A stretch of DNA of 62,334 nt, filler included, from Choristocarpus tenellus KU-1152 (taxonomy: Eukaryota; Protista; Phaeophyceae), in assembly GCA_964200185.2 (NCBI GenBank). It is 7 parts of 7 records of this genome, joined end to end, with 100 filler letters (N's around TTAATTAATTAA, not from the genome) between each part and the next. Parts side by side here need not be neighbours in the genome. Positions count along the whole stretch, not along the records: positions 20,774 to 30,534 come from CAXNAD020003416.1; positions 30,635 to 41,997 come from CAXNAD020002367.1; 5 more parts are not named here. One strand, 5' to 3'. Below the pieces are notes generated by a model. The model made no database searches. It had not been told where the DNA came from and worked only from the letters and a program-made list of their open reading frames with translations. The position numbers and the translations under genes were made by a program. Of this stretch, positions 24,701 through 38,100 are shown one piece after another. Every line of letters starts with the position of its first letter. Position 1 is the stretch's first letter.

Positions 24701-27700
24701 TGTCCATGTTTGATGTTTCTGCTTTGTAAGTGTATAAGTGAAAACTTTGAGTCTCTTCAGTCATATTTTTACCCGGTGTAGTGACTGAAAGGTGGTTCGA
24801 TGAGGAAGTTCCTACAGCACAATAACATAGGTTTTTTCAATGTATTGCAATACCCTGGAGTTCCTAATGACTTAAGTAATCTTTGACACTGTGTGTTCTT
24901 CACCCCTCCCCTACTTTCCCCCTATTTCTCAGGGTTGATGTAGGGATTGTCCAGCGTCACCGTATGGACAGGGTGTTAGACAACTTCTTTATTTCCCGCA
25001 TCAGCATGCGTTTTCTGGTTGAGAACTTCATAGCAAGCAAGAATAACAGACCCGGGTTCTCGGGTGTCATTGAAACAGAGTGCTCTCCGCTGGAGGTGAG
25101 CTGTGTGCCTCAATAGATGGGGGGGGGAGAGATCCAGTGTGGCATTTAAGTAAGTTGATGGATGGGAAAAAACTGTTCCTGTATTTGATTTATTTTTATT
25201 AATTAGTCACATTTGCAGCTTGTATTGGTTTTTGCTGTCACAAGTCTCAGGAAAGCAGGTGAAGTGCAGTACTTTTTGAGGTAGCTTCATTGGTAAGCCA
25301 GGGCTCACATTGTCTCAGGAAGCAGCAGATAGGGAAGCTACGAATGCAGTTCCCTTTTTTGTATGATGTTTGTGTCGTCAGTGTACCACTCCTACCGTCA
25401 TCTCACCCATTGGATTAAACCCCACCGCAAAACGACCTCTTCCTAATTCCTCTACATGCTCTTACACTCCACTCTCCTCCTTTAAGGCTGCACAGCTACA
25501 AATATAGGCCCTCATCCTTCCTCTTCCCCAAACCTCTGAGTTCTTTTTTGTTAGTGGCCTCTCTCACACCTCGAGTAAACTCGACCCCTTTTCATCGTGA
25601 ATCGAAAGGTGGCCTCCAAGGCTGCAGCTGATGTGGACCGGCTTTGTCGTGCACACATTGGTGACTGCCCGGAAATTCAACTCCTCGGCCGACCGGAGGA
25701 CACCTTCACCACTGTGACATGCCACCTCTACTACATCTTGTATGAACTTCTCAAGAACAGTTGCAGGGCCACGGTGGAACATTCGAGGAGTAAGAATGGC
25801 CCTGGGGCTCCCTTGCCGCCTGTACGGGTGAGATGTGGAGATGGGAGGAGATTAGTCTAGAATTAGCTGTTGTGGATCCCACAACACAGTCAAAATATAG
25901 AAGGTACAGTCTTGCGACCATAAGGAATTCAGATAAGCCCCTTGCTAGAGGAATCCACCATTTTTTGTGGATAGTTGTGAGGGTATTGCACTATGCATAT
26001 CTCGGGGGTGTAGGAGTTATAAGCTTCATGGGCATTGAAGTTGAAGTTCTATCCCAACCAGTACATGAGATGTTTGGTGCTGTTCATTGAGCAATCCAGC
26101 TGGCGAGTCAAGAACATGCACTTACACATTATGCGCGATTGCTTTTGCCCTCCTAAATTTAGCATGTTATCTCTGCCAGTATGCCACTCACCTGCACTGT
26201 ATCAATCCTTCTACATCACACATGCTCGAAAATTCCCGCAGATGATAGTGACTCGTGGGAAGGAGGAAGTAACAATCAAGGTCATGGATGAGGGAGGTGG
26301 AATTAGACGGTCCGATCTCCAGCACGTGTGGTCATACATGTACTCGACAGCTCCAAGGCCGTCGCCTGATCAGCTTGGAGGCGTGCCGCTGGAGGAAATG
26401 TCCGGTGAGGTTTGTTCTTCTCTAGCCTTCTTGAACACACCTTGTTTGAAGGACATGGACAACCCTTTAGCTGTGCGTGTAAGACATGCGATTTCAATTT
26501 CAAATGTGTATTTGAAGTGTTAACACAGTGCAGTATTCACCGATGTGGAATTGCTTTTTGCTTCTGACAATGTACGATGTGCGCTGATTTTTTTCTTGGA
26601 ACGGGAATGGAACGGTCTTGCGATTGCGTGTCCGCTAGGTGTGATGTCCAGCGGGAGTACGTCAGGGATTGAAGAAAAGTATGCATTTGCAGGGTATGGG
26701 ATGGGCCTTCCCTTGAGTCGCCTGTACGCTCGCTACTTTGGTGGCAGTCTAAAGCTCAGACCGATGGAAGGATACGGAACTGATGCCTATCTGCATATGC
26801 ACCGGTGAGTTAATGGTCTCTCCCTTGACAGACTCAGAAGCGCTTGTCCTAGATTGTTCCTTCCTTTTGCACCCCCTTGTGATTTTTGGTTTGCACTCAA
26901 GCAACCTTGCTGTAGTCACGTCAGTGATTGGATTAGACCTTTTTACACACTAATATTTGTGAAGTGTTTTAGGTATTTGTATTTCTGTACGTGATACAAT
27001 GTTGTGATACGATCACCTGCGTGTTCTGAGGAAATTGAACTGTGAAGATCACTAGCACCCTCAGAAGGATATTGGCTTTTATCCATGTGTTTACTGGTCT
27101 GATTGAAGTGAGGCATTCCCTCATCTACTCCCTTATCTACGCGGGGGCAAGCACCCTTGCAATGTGTGTTATCAACTTCATCATCGGAACCTACGAAAGA
27201 GTCCTTGTCTCATTGTTGTACTTGGGTATTACCATACTGTTCATTGTACCGGTGATAGATAGTCTTGTGTATCTCCCTGTGCAGCTTACTTCTACACAAT
27301 TTATCCTAGTACAGTGATAACTGTGACAAGCAGAATGAACAGCAAATGTCTTTTTTAAGACAGAACTGTGTATTCTAATAAAGCACAATAAGGTAGGTAC
27401 TGCATGAATAAGAGACTACCATACACCGTGTATATTTTCTGCCACTAATAGGTGGTTCATGTTGTGTTGGCTTGTTAATATATTTTCATTGTTCTTTGTA
27501 TTAGTTGATTGTCTGCTCCTATGTTGTACCCCATGATCATTGCCAATTGAACATTGTCATTTCCGGGTTGTTGGGGCTTGAAATCAGGGGATATGAAACC
27601 AAAAAAAGGTCTGAAGATCGACTCCAAGTGGATGTTTCTGTTTCGTTCTTCTAAAAAAAATTAGTTGAGGAATAGGCCTGTGGTCAAGGTCTTTTGCAAG

Positions 27701-27896
27701 CCGAACTCCTCTCAATCCCCCGTCCTTGCTCACATCACCTGATTCCAACCCTATTCCTATACTGCACCCTCACCTCATCTTACCTTTGTGTGGCAGTTTG
27801 AAGACTAACTCGGAGGAAAGCCTTCCGACTGCATTGGGCGAGACATTGAGGGTTATGTCTGATGACGGCAGAGTGCTTGCCTCTGCTAGCAGGTGA
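21771..27896 (+). CDS. PDK: Mitochondrial pyruvate dehydrogenase kinase / BCKD-kinase family protein
   Basis: Exons 21771-21998, 22474-22562, 23092-23247, 24933-25095, 25609-25827, 26242-26404, 26639-26804, 27797-27896. Motifs: [47 protein letters not shown] box [10 protein letters not shown]1 DEGGG, G2 [26 protein letters not shown]. Start codon uncertain (alternative ATG at 21483). Confidence 0.92.
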
Positions 27897-30534
27897 TAGT
27901 CATGTCCTCCTTTGAAGTGTGTTGCACCTGCTGACTCAAATTCTATTCATTTCAGGAGTTGAGCCTACGCTAACATGCATTGTGTCCCACCCTGCCACCT
28001 ATTGGTCATTAACAAGTTGACAAGCATGAAACTTTCTTTTTGGTAGTGCTTACACATTAGCTCACCTGTTTATAATTTAATGGAGGTAAGTAAGATGCTG
28101 CTGGATCAGGTGAATCACTTGGAAATCCAAGAGAAAGCTATGCCTTCAACTGAGATACCTGTTACATAGGATTACTCTGTCAGTTATAGACCTGTACCAC
28201 TCATTGGTGAGCATGACACCCCCACCGTTCTCTCCTGTACTGTTGAAGGTCATGGGACTTGCCTGCATCTGATGACAGCAAAGCTCGTGCCCTTATCCGT
28301 AGCTTGGGTAAGGGGCTGTGACATTATATGTTTTAATGGTTCACTCTCACTGGCAGCACCTGGCCAAGCAGTCAAGATATCTACAGCTTCCTGTATTTTT
28401 GTAAACCCAAGTTATTTCATTGGGAAAAGTTGCCTGCAGTTGTAGCGATCATGAAAAAATATTTAGAGGAAACTGAGGTTGTCCTGACTAGAAAATGCTT
28501 GTGGAAATTGTGAGTGGGGCATATGTGATGTCATATTTTGTGACTCGATGAGTGTGCTCTTTTGTAGTGTTTATGGTTTTATTAGTGCAGTTTGTTTTCA
28601 GGATTTGATATGGTTATGGTTCCCTGTCCTAGTAGGAGGCAGCTTCTTTGTGCAGCTGCTATATAGAGTAACAAGAGGGTGTAGACAAAGAATGGGTGAA
28701 GTGGACAAAACAGCAGTTACCCATAGCAAAGTTGATGACGGAAGTTGGGGGGTGGGTGGGATGGAGTGGAAGTGCATTCTATTTAGTATCACAACCTATT
28801 GCTAGGTTTGTATTTCTCAAAGAAGAGCAGAAGCAAGCAGTGTCGAGTGTGCCTGACTAGCTCACTATCACCAAAAATTCTGACTTCAATTACTTTATGT
28901 TGTAGGCCACACCTTGGTAGAAATGTTTATGGAAGAAATCAAAGATTGATTCTGTGGGGCCAAGTTGCATGGTAAAGGTATGCTGTGCGGGATATTTTAT
29001 TTGTACACAAGATATTTGTGGAAGCCTTCTCTGTTGCCTACCATGCCTGGTACACCAAAATGTTGGCACGAGTATGTTGAAACAATGCTCACACGGCAAC
29101 TTTGTTGAACTGGTGACGAGCACTCTCTGTGCCTCAGGCACAGACACAACTGAGGCCTTACTTTGGTCTTATTTTGGTGAGCTGATCCTTGATGAAGGTA
29201 AATCCTCATTCAAGGGTTTGTCTTATTTTGGGGTGCTTGATACTACTGCTACTGGCTTTATGTATATTTGATGTTAAGCACCTTTTTCTTTTCAAGTGTG
29301 CAGTGATGCTGTACTCTGTTCTGTTTCATACGATTGTGTGGGTGATTGGATAGCATCATGCCTGCACCTTCGCTGTTAAAAGTTACGATAGTTGGGTACG
29401 TCTTTTGGCAGAGCAATGGAAAAGCAATGCTCTTTTGACCGGGATTCTAGAGGTAATTGTATGCAAAGGAATACACTAAAATGGTGTGTGTGCATACTCC
29501 ATACGCCCACACAATTGATGCCGAAAAGCAAAGGTAGAGAATGAATATATTCCTCAAAAGGAGGAGAAAAATAAACCAGCAGATTTTTTATGGATCACAT
29601 ACACCATCTTCAGCACCTTGCCGCAAGACTTGGATTCGACAACTAATGACCCTGCTTGCTTTTAATGATAGCAATTGCCTTGCTTGCATTGTGACATTCT
29701 GGAGATCAGAGGAGTGACAGTGCCAAGGCCGGAAAGGCACATGACTGTGTCAAGCACAACCTGCATCAAATGGGGATAATTTGGGTAGAAATATGGTACA
29801 TGAAAGGGGTTAAAATGATTGTAATCGCTTACGTTTTCTGATTGGTTGACATGATGAGTCAGAAGGGGATTTTATTCATTTTTAGGGAACTGCCAAAACA
29901 AGTTCATTTAGCCTCAGTCACCAATTACAATAAAACATTGGGTTTGCCTGCAGGCTTGTCGTTGGCTCGCGATTTTGCAAATATTATGTGGGCGAACGAC
30001 TTACCTCCTACAGCGACCTCTCAAGACTAGAACGGTTCTACTCGTCCACCCACTACATTCCTTGAATAATAGAAATATTATTCACCGAACAGAGTTAGAA
30101 GTCTAGTGTGTCTTGCCATGTTGCGAAAAGGCTGCAGTCGCTCAGGGTTGTTGGGGCTCAGACCTCACGTCTTTTTTAAGAGTTTAGTAGGCTTAATATG
30201 TCGTCTTTGGATATCCTTTTCAACTTGCTTTTTTGTCTCTATTCAGCAGGGCCTGATCTTCCATTGTATCGTTTTTCCTGCAGCATGATGTATGCGGTGA
30301 AAGAGTTGAGTTGCGTTTGAGACAGTAGTGTTGTTTTCTCGGTTGTGATGAGATATGTTCTATGGTTTTGAGTCGAGACACTACATACAGACAGACAGAG
30401 AGATATTTCAGATGGCAATCGTTTTTTGGTGCCTTGAGAATGCTTGTTGGAACAGAGAGAAAACAGCCTCTCAGCAAAATTGAGGATGGAGCATACCATG
30501 GAGGATGAGTTTGACCCAAAAGTGTGCGCGGGAA

Positions 30535-30634
30535 NNNNNNNNNNNNNNNNNNNNNNNNNNNNNNNNNNNNNNNNNNNNTTAATTAATTAANNNNNNNNNN
30601 NNNNNNNNNNNNNNNNNNNNNNNNNNNNNNNNNN
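30535..30634. other. Artificial contig linker
   Basis: 44N-TTAATTAATTAA-44N. Confidence 0.98.
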
Positions 30635-32175
30635 AGAGAGCAAAGGTTACTCCCACGCCTTTTCGTTTTTCCTTAAGTAGTATTTGTCAATGGATATGGC
30701 AGTATATGTTACAATTTCTAGATGAAGAAGAGAATGTGTAGATAACTCTAATCTTTGTACATTTTTTTAGTATTGAATATTCTTTTTTTTCATCTAGCCT
30801 CAAATTTTATTCATAGAAACGATACATTTTAGTATTCAAAAATGTAAATAAGTAACTGAAGATGTGATAAATGGAAATAATAAAATTTCGAACTACTTTG
30901 TGCCATAGTCTGACTGAACTTTCTTTGATATATTTTGATAGAAGTTATCTTCAGTATTAACGTGTGACCTAAACCGTATATGTCGCATATGATTTGATTC
31001 TACTATTACAAAGTGAAATGGAGAAGTGTAATAGAACATTTGCATTAGGCTGGTTCTACCTTTGGCATGCTACTGGTTAACATAAAATCTGTGTCAGAAA
31101 GCCAGTGGTATTTTTTTCGTCCACTTTTTTTCAGTGGCCCCTTCATTTTCAATAATCTTGTAATACAAGATACAGAGAGTATCCTAAATTTGTTGATGAA
31201 GTAATAACGATATGAACACAGCCTGACATGAAGTTTTTTTAATTTGGTTATATTTTGTTAATGTTGCACTACATGAAATCTACGCCTTAACTCTACCCCA
31301 CACAAGGTTTTTCACAAGTGGTATGTTCAAAAAATTCCATTTCTATGCTGATCTTATGTATTCTAGGAACTTTTTTTTTGTGTTACATAAAATATTAAGA
31401 ATCGATACAACCAGTTTCACGGATGAGATCAACCATCAAGATGAGCTAGTTGTACCATTTTTGTCTTATCTCTTTTTCTTTTATTTAAAGCTTGTACCAT
31501 GATTTTTTTATTTCAATATATACCAATCATTCAACCACAAATTTGTAATTTTACCAAATGAGAGGGGTGAAAGTTTAGAATTAACTTCAGTTATATGTTT
31601 CACCTCACTGCTTTCTATACCCACCCTATTTAAATTAGCTTGAAAGTACATGATGTCCGTAACATGATTGAACACAATATCAAGGAACAAGAGGATACCG
31701 ATGATAAAGATGATATTTATTTGCACACTATTCTCTACCAGTACAAGAATGTCGATCACAGATCCAAAACAAAAAATATGTATTTTTGTTGTCTCCAAAC
31801 TAACCAACCCTAACCCTACTGAACTACCTATCCCCATCAGTTTTTATGAGATGGATATTCTGCCATAAATTGGAAAAGGTCTGCTCTCTGTCCTTGTTAT
31901 TTGATAAAATTTATAGTGAACAACAATTACGGTACAGCCCTGACACCATCACATGACAACTCTACCTTAATTTTACCTACCTTTTAAGATCCGTATGTTC
32001 TTTTTAACAGTCTAACATGACAAGACTATGTTACAACACTTTATTTGTATAGTTTTTTACTATAACTACCATGGTCCACCTAACTTTTTGATGCAATAAT
32101 AGTGTTCCTATAGGGTTACCACATAAGCATTGGTTTGTCCATGAGAAATCTAACACGGGGAGTATATGCAATCAG

Positions 32176-35100
32176 GTCCTATACCGCTGGAGCTTGGTCT
32201 CCTCAGTGCACTCAAATATATTGACCTCAGCGACAACCAGCTTTCCGGTAAGTTTTTTGTAGCTTGATTGTCCACAGTTGGTAGAGAGAAAGATGTGTGT
32301 TGAACACAATGCTCATGTAGGATACTATGTTGATCCTCTTGTAGATGTGAACATTCAGTAAGATTTTAAGCGGCCCTTCTGAGTTGGTATCTGTAAGTTG
32401 TAGAACTTTTTTATTGTGTTGTTTTTATCGTGAGGTACTTGTTATGACTTTGTTCAAGTTCAGGTGAACAAATATGTGGTCTGAAGATACTAGTAGGTAT
32501 TGGTATGTTTATTCTGTGTGATATTTCTACTAATCATGAGATACCCTCTTGCACTGTGTATTATCATACCAGCCCTTTCTATCAAAATTATATCTCGGTG
32601 AAAAACATTTGGCCTTGAAGAGGTTTGAACTTGCAACAATGAGTGCAAGAATTAGTAGAGTGGTTTTTTTTGCCGTTCTGTATTTTTTTATGGGATAATC
32701 GTTAGTCCCTTACTACGAGCTAACTTGTTTATGGTTCTTAATGTAGGGCACTACTGCATTCATTTACCTGAAGGTTGTTCCTGTTAGGGTTATTGGTCTT
32801 CTGTCTCATTTCTGTCATGTTTTTTAACTCTTGTTTACCTTTGTAGTTCTAGATTGCTGAAGCATGGATTTGCCAGTTGTAAGATGTTACTTGGAAATGT
32901 GTTCGTTAGAGTTGGTTTGTGGTTGAGAGTGACCTCTTTACCTTTTCTGAAGAATTATATTGTTCGAATGAGCTTTTCTTCTTAAACCTAGCTGGTGACC
33001 TGTTCTCTCTGGACTCTGGGATCTCTGCGTTGATTGTTTTAACATACACCTACATGGAAGTGTTTATTTTGAATGAATTTAGCTAATATTTTCATTTGCG
33101 CTTGTGGTTCGTGGATCTCCTTGAAATGTCAACCATGCTTGGTGTTCGTGACTTTTCAGGGAAGATTCTTCGTGGCGAGGAGTTGGATCAATGGAGAAGA
33201 GATCTTTTGCACAAGCTTCAGCATAGGCCATATGTAGATGATTGCTTGAAGATATTTGCTGAACTTGAGGAACTCATGGATGGTTGCACTTCAACAAACA
33301 TGCAAAACTCAGTCAAGAACTTGGCCACATTGATGGGTAGAGTTTCTGGATGGGCAAGAGATGATGATGTGAGTGAAATCCTTGCTCTTGAGTACATTCA
33401 TCAAATCTTTCACACCTGTGTGATGCTTATATAGTCTTTTAGTTGAAGAGTAAATTGAGTTACAATGTACCACTTGTTGATGGAGTGAGCAAGAGCATTT
33501 CAAATATTAGGACAAAAACATTTTAAATGTGTTCTTTTCTGAGGTCATGTAAATTTTGTTGTCTTCCATTTATCACACTTTGTTGTAGTTACCTGAACCT
33601 TATCTTTTGTGACTCCTTCCTTAGATCCCTTGTTGATTTGGTTGAGGATTATTCATTTAAGGATTTTGGAAATGTTTAAGTAATCTTGTGCGTCTTCATT
33701 GGAGTTTTAGGGTTAGGGTCCTTGGCATGTTCTTGCAATCCATCTTTTATCATCTATACCCGAAATAGGTGTGTTGCCTTGAGTAGACCAAGGGTCCTTT
33801 CATGAGTGGATCAAATGTTGTCTACAGAAGCCCCACTATATTGCCATGTTTAAATTCTCTTGTAGCCAGAGGCTGCATTGGGTCAGGCCAGACTGTAAGA
33901 AGACAAGCAACTCCTTTTAGGAAGACACTAGTTGGGTAAATAATGCTGGTCTAGCAAAGGTGGACAAGTGAAACCTGCCAGTACTTGATTTCCCATCAGA
34001 AAGAGTAGCCTGTGATAGAAGGCAAGAAACAAATGTAAATACCTGTTTTGACAATGGCTTTGGTTGGGTGGGATGCATCAAACCGAATAAATTAACTCAA
34101 GGGTTATAGCCCACTAGTGTTTACAATACTGTAAACAGCTGTTGTCAATTACCTGCATTAAATAATCAACCTTCTCCTTTGAAAAATGTTTTCTTTGTCT
34201 TTTGTCATACAGACTAGGGAAAGTTCCTTGTGGATGAAGAAGCTAACAGACCTGAAGCGTTACCTCAACATGTTGCTTGAGGTGAGTTTTCTTGGGCTTT
34301 GATGGCAGGATCATTGCTAGAGCTCTCTTTTACTCTCAACACAGTTACTGTAAACCTAACTCTAAGTTATGTTGTCAGGGTTGTGACGACATTGTCTGCG
34401 ATCTATATGACACTAACACCTTTGTGACTGCTTGATATCACTATTGAACCAACCCTGTCCCTCCCCCTTCCTATCCACTTCAAATGGGATTGATATGATT
34501 GATGTTCAGCTCCTACCTACCGGATGAGTTCGTTACCTGCTTTGTTTGGATAATTTTTTGTTAGTTTGTATTGCATGCAGAAATATTCCTAAATTTATAT
34601 CCCTCGCTTAGGAAACCCATAACATTTTCTACAGGGTTACACAAAAAGTATTTATTTGATGTTTTTGGATATCTAATTTTGGTCCTATGCAGTTTATAAT
34701 GGTTAGGACTTGTAAAAATCTCAGTTGGGATTGCAACCATGCTCCAGTTCTATGACGTGTGGAGGGAGCACAATGGGGGGGTCCCTCTAGACCTGTTACT
34801 GGATATGTCCAAAAAGATGGTTGTAGATTTGCGTCATGAACAGAGCACATAAATTCAAGATTTGTTCTGAAAACTATTATTGAAGAACTTCTTTGGAATA
34901 GGTGCAGGCCAGCTCCTCGTATGTCTTGAGTCCTCAATATTGAAGTACCCTTTCCGCTTTTTTTTATTTGAAGGGTGAGTTTATCTTTTAATTGCCAGAG
35001 GTCTTGTAGAGAGTACTTTTTTTTGTGGGGATGATTTATCTTGGCCGTGTAATCTTCACTTTTTTTGGAGAAGTTTTAAGGTAAACTAGCACTACTAAGT

Positions 35101-38100
35101 TGTACATAGTTTACTAGGGAATATTATCTTTTTTCGGCTTTTCGGTTTTTTTATCCATTTTTGAATGTAATTCACTTTTTTTTTGTATGGTGCAAGGGCT
35201 TGCTTCAACATCAGTGAGGCATTTATGATGTGGGTGGTGGCGGGTAAATATTGGTTTCAGTTTAGGTAGCGATATGGTATGAATAAGAACAGTTCATGTG
35301 TAACGTTTGAAATTGTTACACCATTTTGGTATAACTATGTAATGCTCTATAGCAGTGTTGACTTGTGTTCCTTTTTTTTTTTAAGAGTTCCCTATATTTT
35401 CGGGTATCTCGGCTGCCTGCTTGGCTGTATGCTTCCATTTCATACAGTGGGATGTGTGTAATGTATTCCGATCTTGAAGAGGCTTGTGGCATGTTGGTGT
35501 ATTTGTTTCTGCTTTCTTTTGCTTAGCCAAGTGTGAAATACATATATCCAATTGTGATGTCTTTGCGACTGAGAGGATCACTAGTTATAAATTACAGCAT
35601 TAATAATTTAACATGATATTTTAACGCAAGTACAAATCTTGTGTTGTGGGAGTGTTATCATGCCTAGATGTAGCATAGGATTGCCTAACAGAATGAATTC
35701 TTGTTCCCTTACACTATATCATCTCATTTGACACCATCATGCTTGTTGGTTCTGATGTGCCTCACTTGATTCTACCCTTCTCACCCATTCTTCCTTACAG
35801 TGCTATAGCAGATATAATGATGTCACTATCTTGCCCTAGCTGAGAAACCTTCCACCTTAATACTTTGCTGGATCTTGTGCTTTGCAGTTGATTCAATACT
35901 ACCACAGGACTGGCAAATGGGATAATATGGAGAGATCCAACCTGTGGTCATTGAGGCTTCGTCAAGTAGAATCTGCTGCTGAGAGTATTGTTCATCGACT
36001 TGAGGAGGTGGGTCAAGTCCTGACCGTAAACGATTCTCAAAGTGCCTTTGAAGTATCAATAATGGACAGATGTTATGGTGTTGGAGACAACTCTTCTTCT
36101 ATTACTATTAGGAAAGTGACACCTTGCCTTGGACATGCGTTTGAACTGGGCATCCGACTCCTTCGTTACCTGATATTGATGTGTATCCATCTTGTTTGTT
36201 TCCTAATGCTGATGTGTAAGTATTGTTGACCAATGCGGTGCATCACTTTTCCTCTCTACCTGCCAGGAGGAAGGACCAGTGTCAGGTGCTAGGACTACCA
36301 CCTCTACCATGAGTGCAGAGGATTGGCAGCATGCTGACAACATGATTGGACAAGGTGGCTTCGCCCAGGTATAGTACATGGATGTCGATACAGAGGAGTT
36401 GGATAGAGAACTCTGAAAATTTGAGGCAACTCCGACGGAGACTGATGATATGTCTAATTACAAGGCATAATCCATGCCCGTATCAGGTGTATCTTGTAGA
36501 TCACTTTGGTGTTAATGCTGCTGCAAAGGTCATCAATGTGACTGGTGATCACGAGTTGCACGAACGACAGCAGGTCATAGCTAAGGAGTGCAGTACCATG
36601 AAAAATTTGCAGGGATCACCACATGTGCTTACCCTTCTTGGTGATATTGTGCATGATGAAAAGCAGGTGAGGAGTGTATGGTGTGGTTGCTGATCTTGTT
36701 AGGTAAACAACATCGACTTTTTTTGTGAGTTTCTTTGAATGTCAAATGTTCTTCAGCACGAGTCTTGTTTTCTAACATGTCCTTAATTCTTCACTTTGGG
36801 TCATAAACTCTTAGGTATTTTCCTTTGCGTAAAACTATGGAACTAGCAAGAGTTGAATAAAAATGAATTCAGAATTTCTCACATTCATGTGCCTTCCAAT
36901 CATTGTCAATGGTAGTTCATCATGTTCACAGAGTTCTTACCTGGTGGAGACTTGAGGACTTTATTGAATGCAGCTAAGGAAGCTGGGTTCATGGAAGAAA
37001 AACTACAGAAAAGAATCATCACGGATGTTGTGGCTGGCATGAAACACGTACATGCCAATAACGTCATACATGGAGATCTCAAGTCTCTGAACGTAATGAT
37101 GGATAGTCATGGTAGGGCCAAGGTGAGTGCCAAAGCGAATGCCTGAATGTAAAAGATATTGATTTCCTACATGGATGATGAGATAGGAGCATGGCCATGT
37201 TGGAGTATTGTTTATCATTCTTGATACATGGCATTTCTTATTCTTGATATTTACAGAGAACAATAGAACATTAGAAGCTCGGAAGAAGGGGCTCTGAATG
37301 TGTACAGCTGTAGATAGAGAATTATCATACAACCAGGACACGAAAAGACCCTTTTCTAGATGAGGTATGAGTGCTACACAAAATCGAAGCATTTGTATGC
37401 TATTGTGTATTGGAGTACGTGGATGTACTTGATAGTGTATCTGTTCTATCTGTATTTACTGTTATTGGTGTCCTCTCCAAAATACTGGAGACTTTTCGCG
37501 GGCTGGTCTTCAAAGATAAAAGTGAAGACATATCTCATGCAACAAATATATTCATTTTGTATTTTTGGGGTAGAGGCATGTAAATAAGAGCACACCACAT
37601 CAAACCTCAATTAATGAACCTTCATTGTTTTCTCTCTTGTTGATTTCTGGTATTGGTTGTCCACATAGTATATAGCACTCATACACATTCTAAAAGAGTT
37701 TTTTTTCATGTGTTCATTGTATGACAAAAATTCTTTTTGTAAACCTGGACACATTCAGAGTCCCTTAGTTTGAGGTTGCAATCATTATGGAACCCTTACA
37801 AAACCAAGAACACCTTTGTGCTTAAAAAACCTTCAATATTGATAACCACAGCACCTTTCACAGCGTTTGCACTATATCCTTGTTGATTTCACTCTATCGT
37901 GCACAAACCTCCCTTCATCTCATGGGACACAGGAAATATTCTGGAGCTATAGTATGCAATGCTCTATAGTGTGCACTTGGAAATTTTGAATGCTGAATTT
38001 GAGGATTATCTTGATAGATGTTCTAATGTGTCCTGCTGTTGAAGCCCTCCTCCTCCCTCCAGGCACCTCTCTCTGTGTGCGGTGTCTGTTTTTCCTACCT

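Noticed and set aside
27042-27317. Hydrophobic 91-aa ORF nested in a PDK intron
   Set aside because: Starts at GTG, has no recognisable family, and the composition is explained by T-rich intron sequence.
28890-29271. Overlapping ORFs downstream of PDK
   Set aside because: No motifs or consistent splice structure; probably UTR or intergenic.
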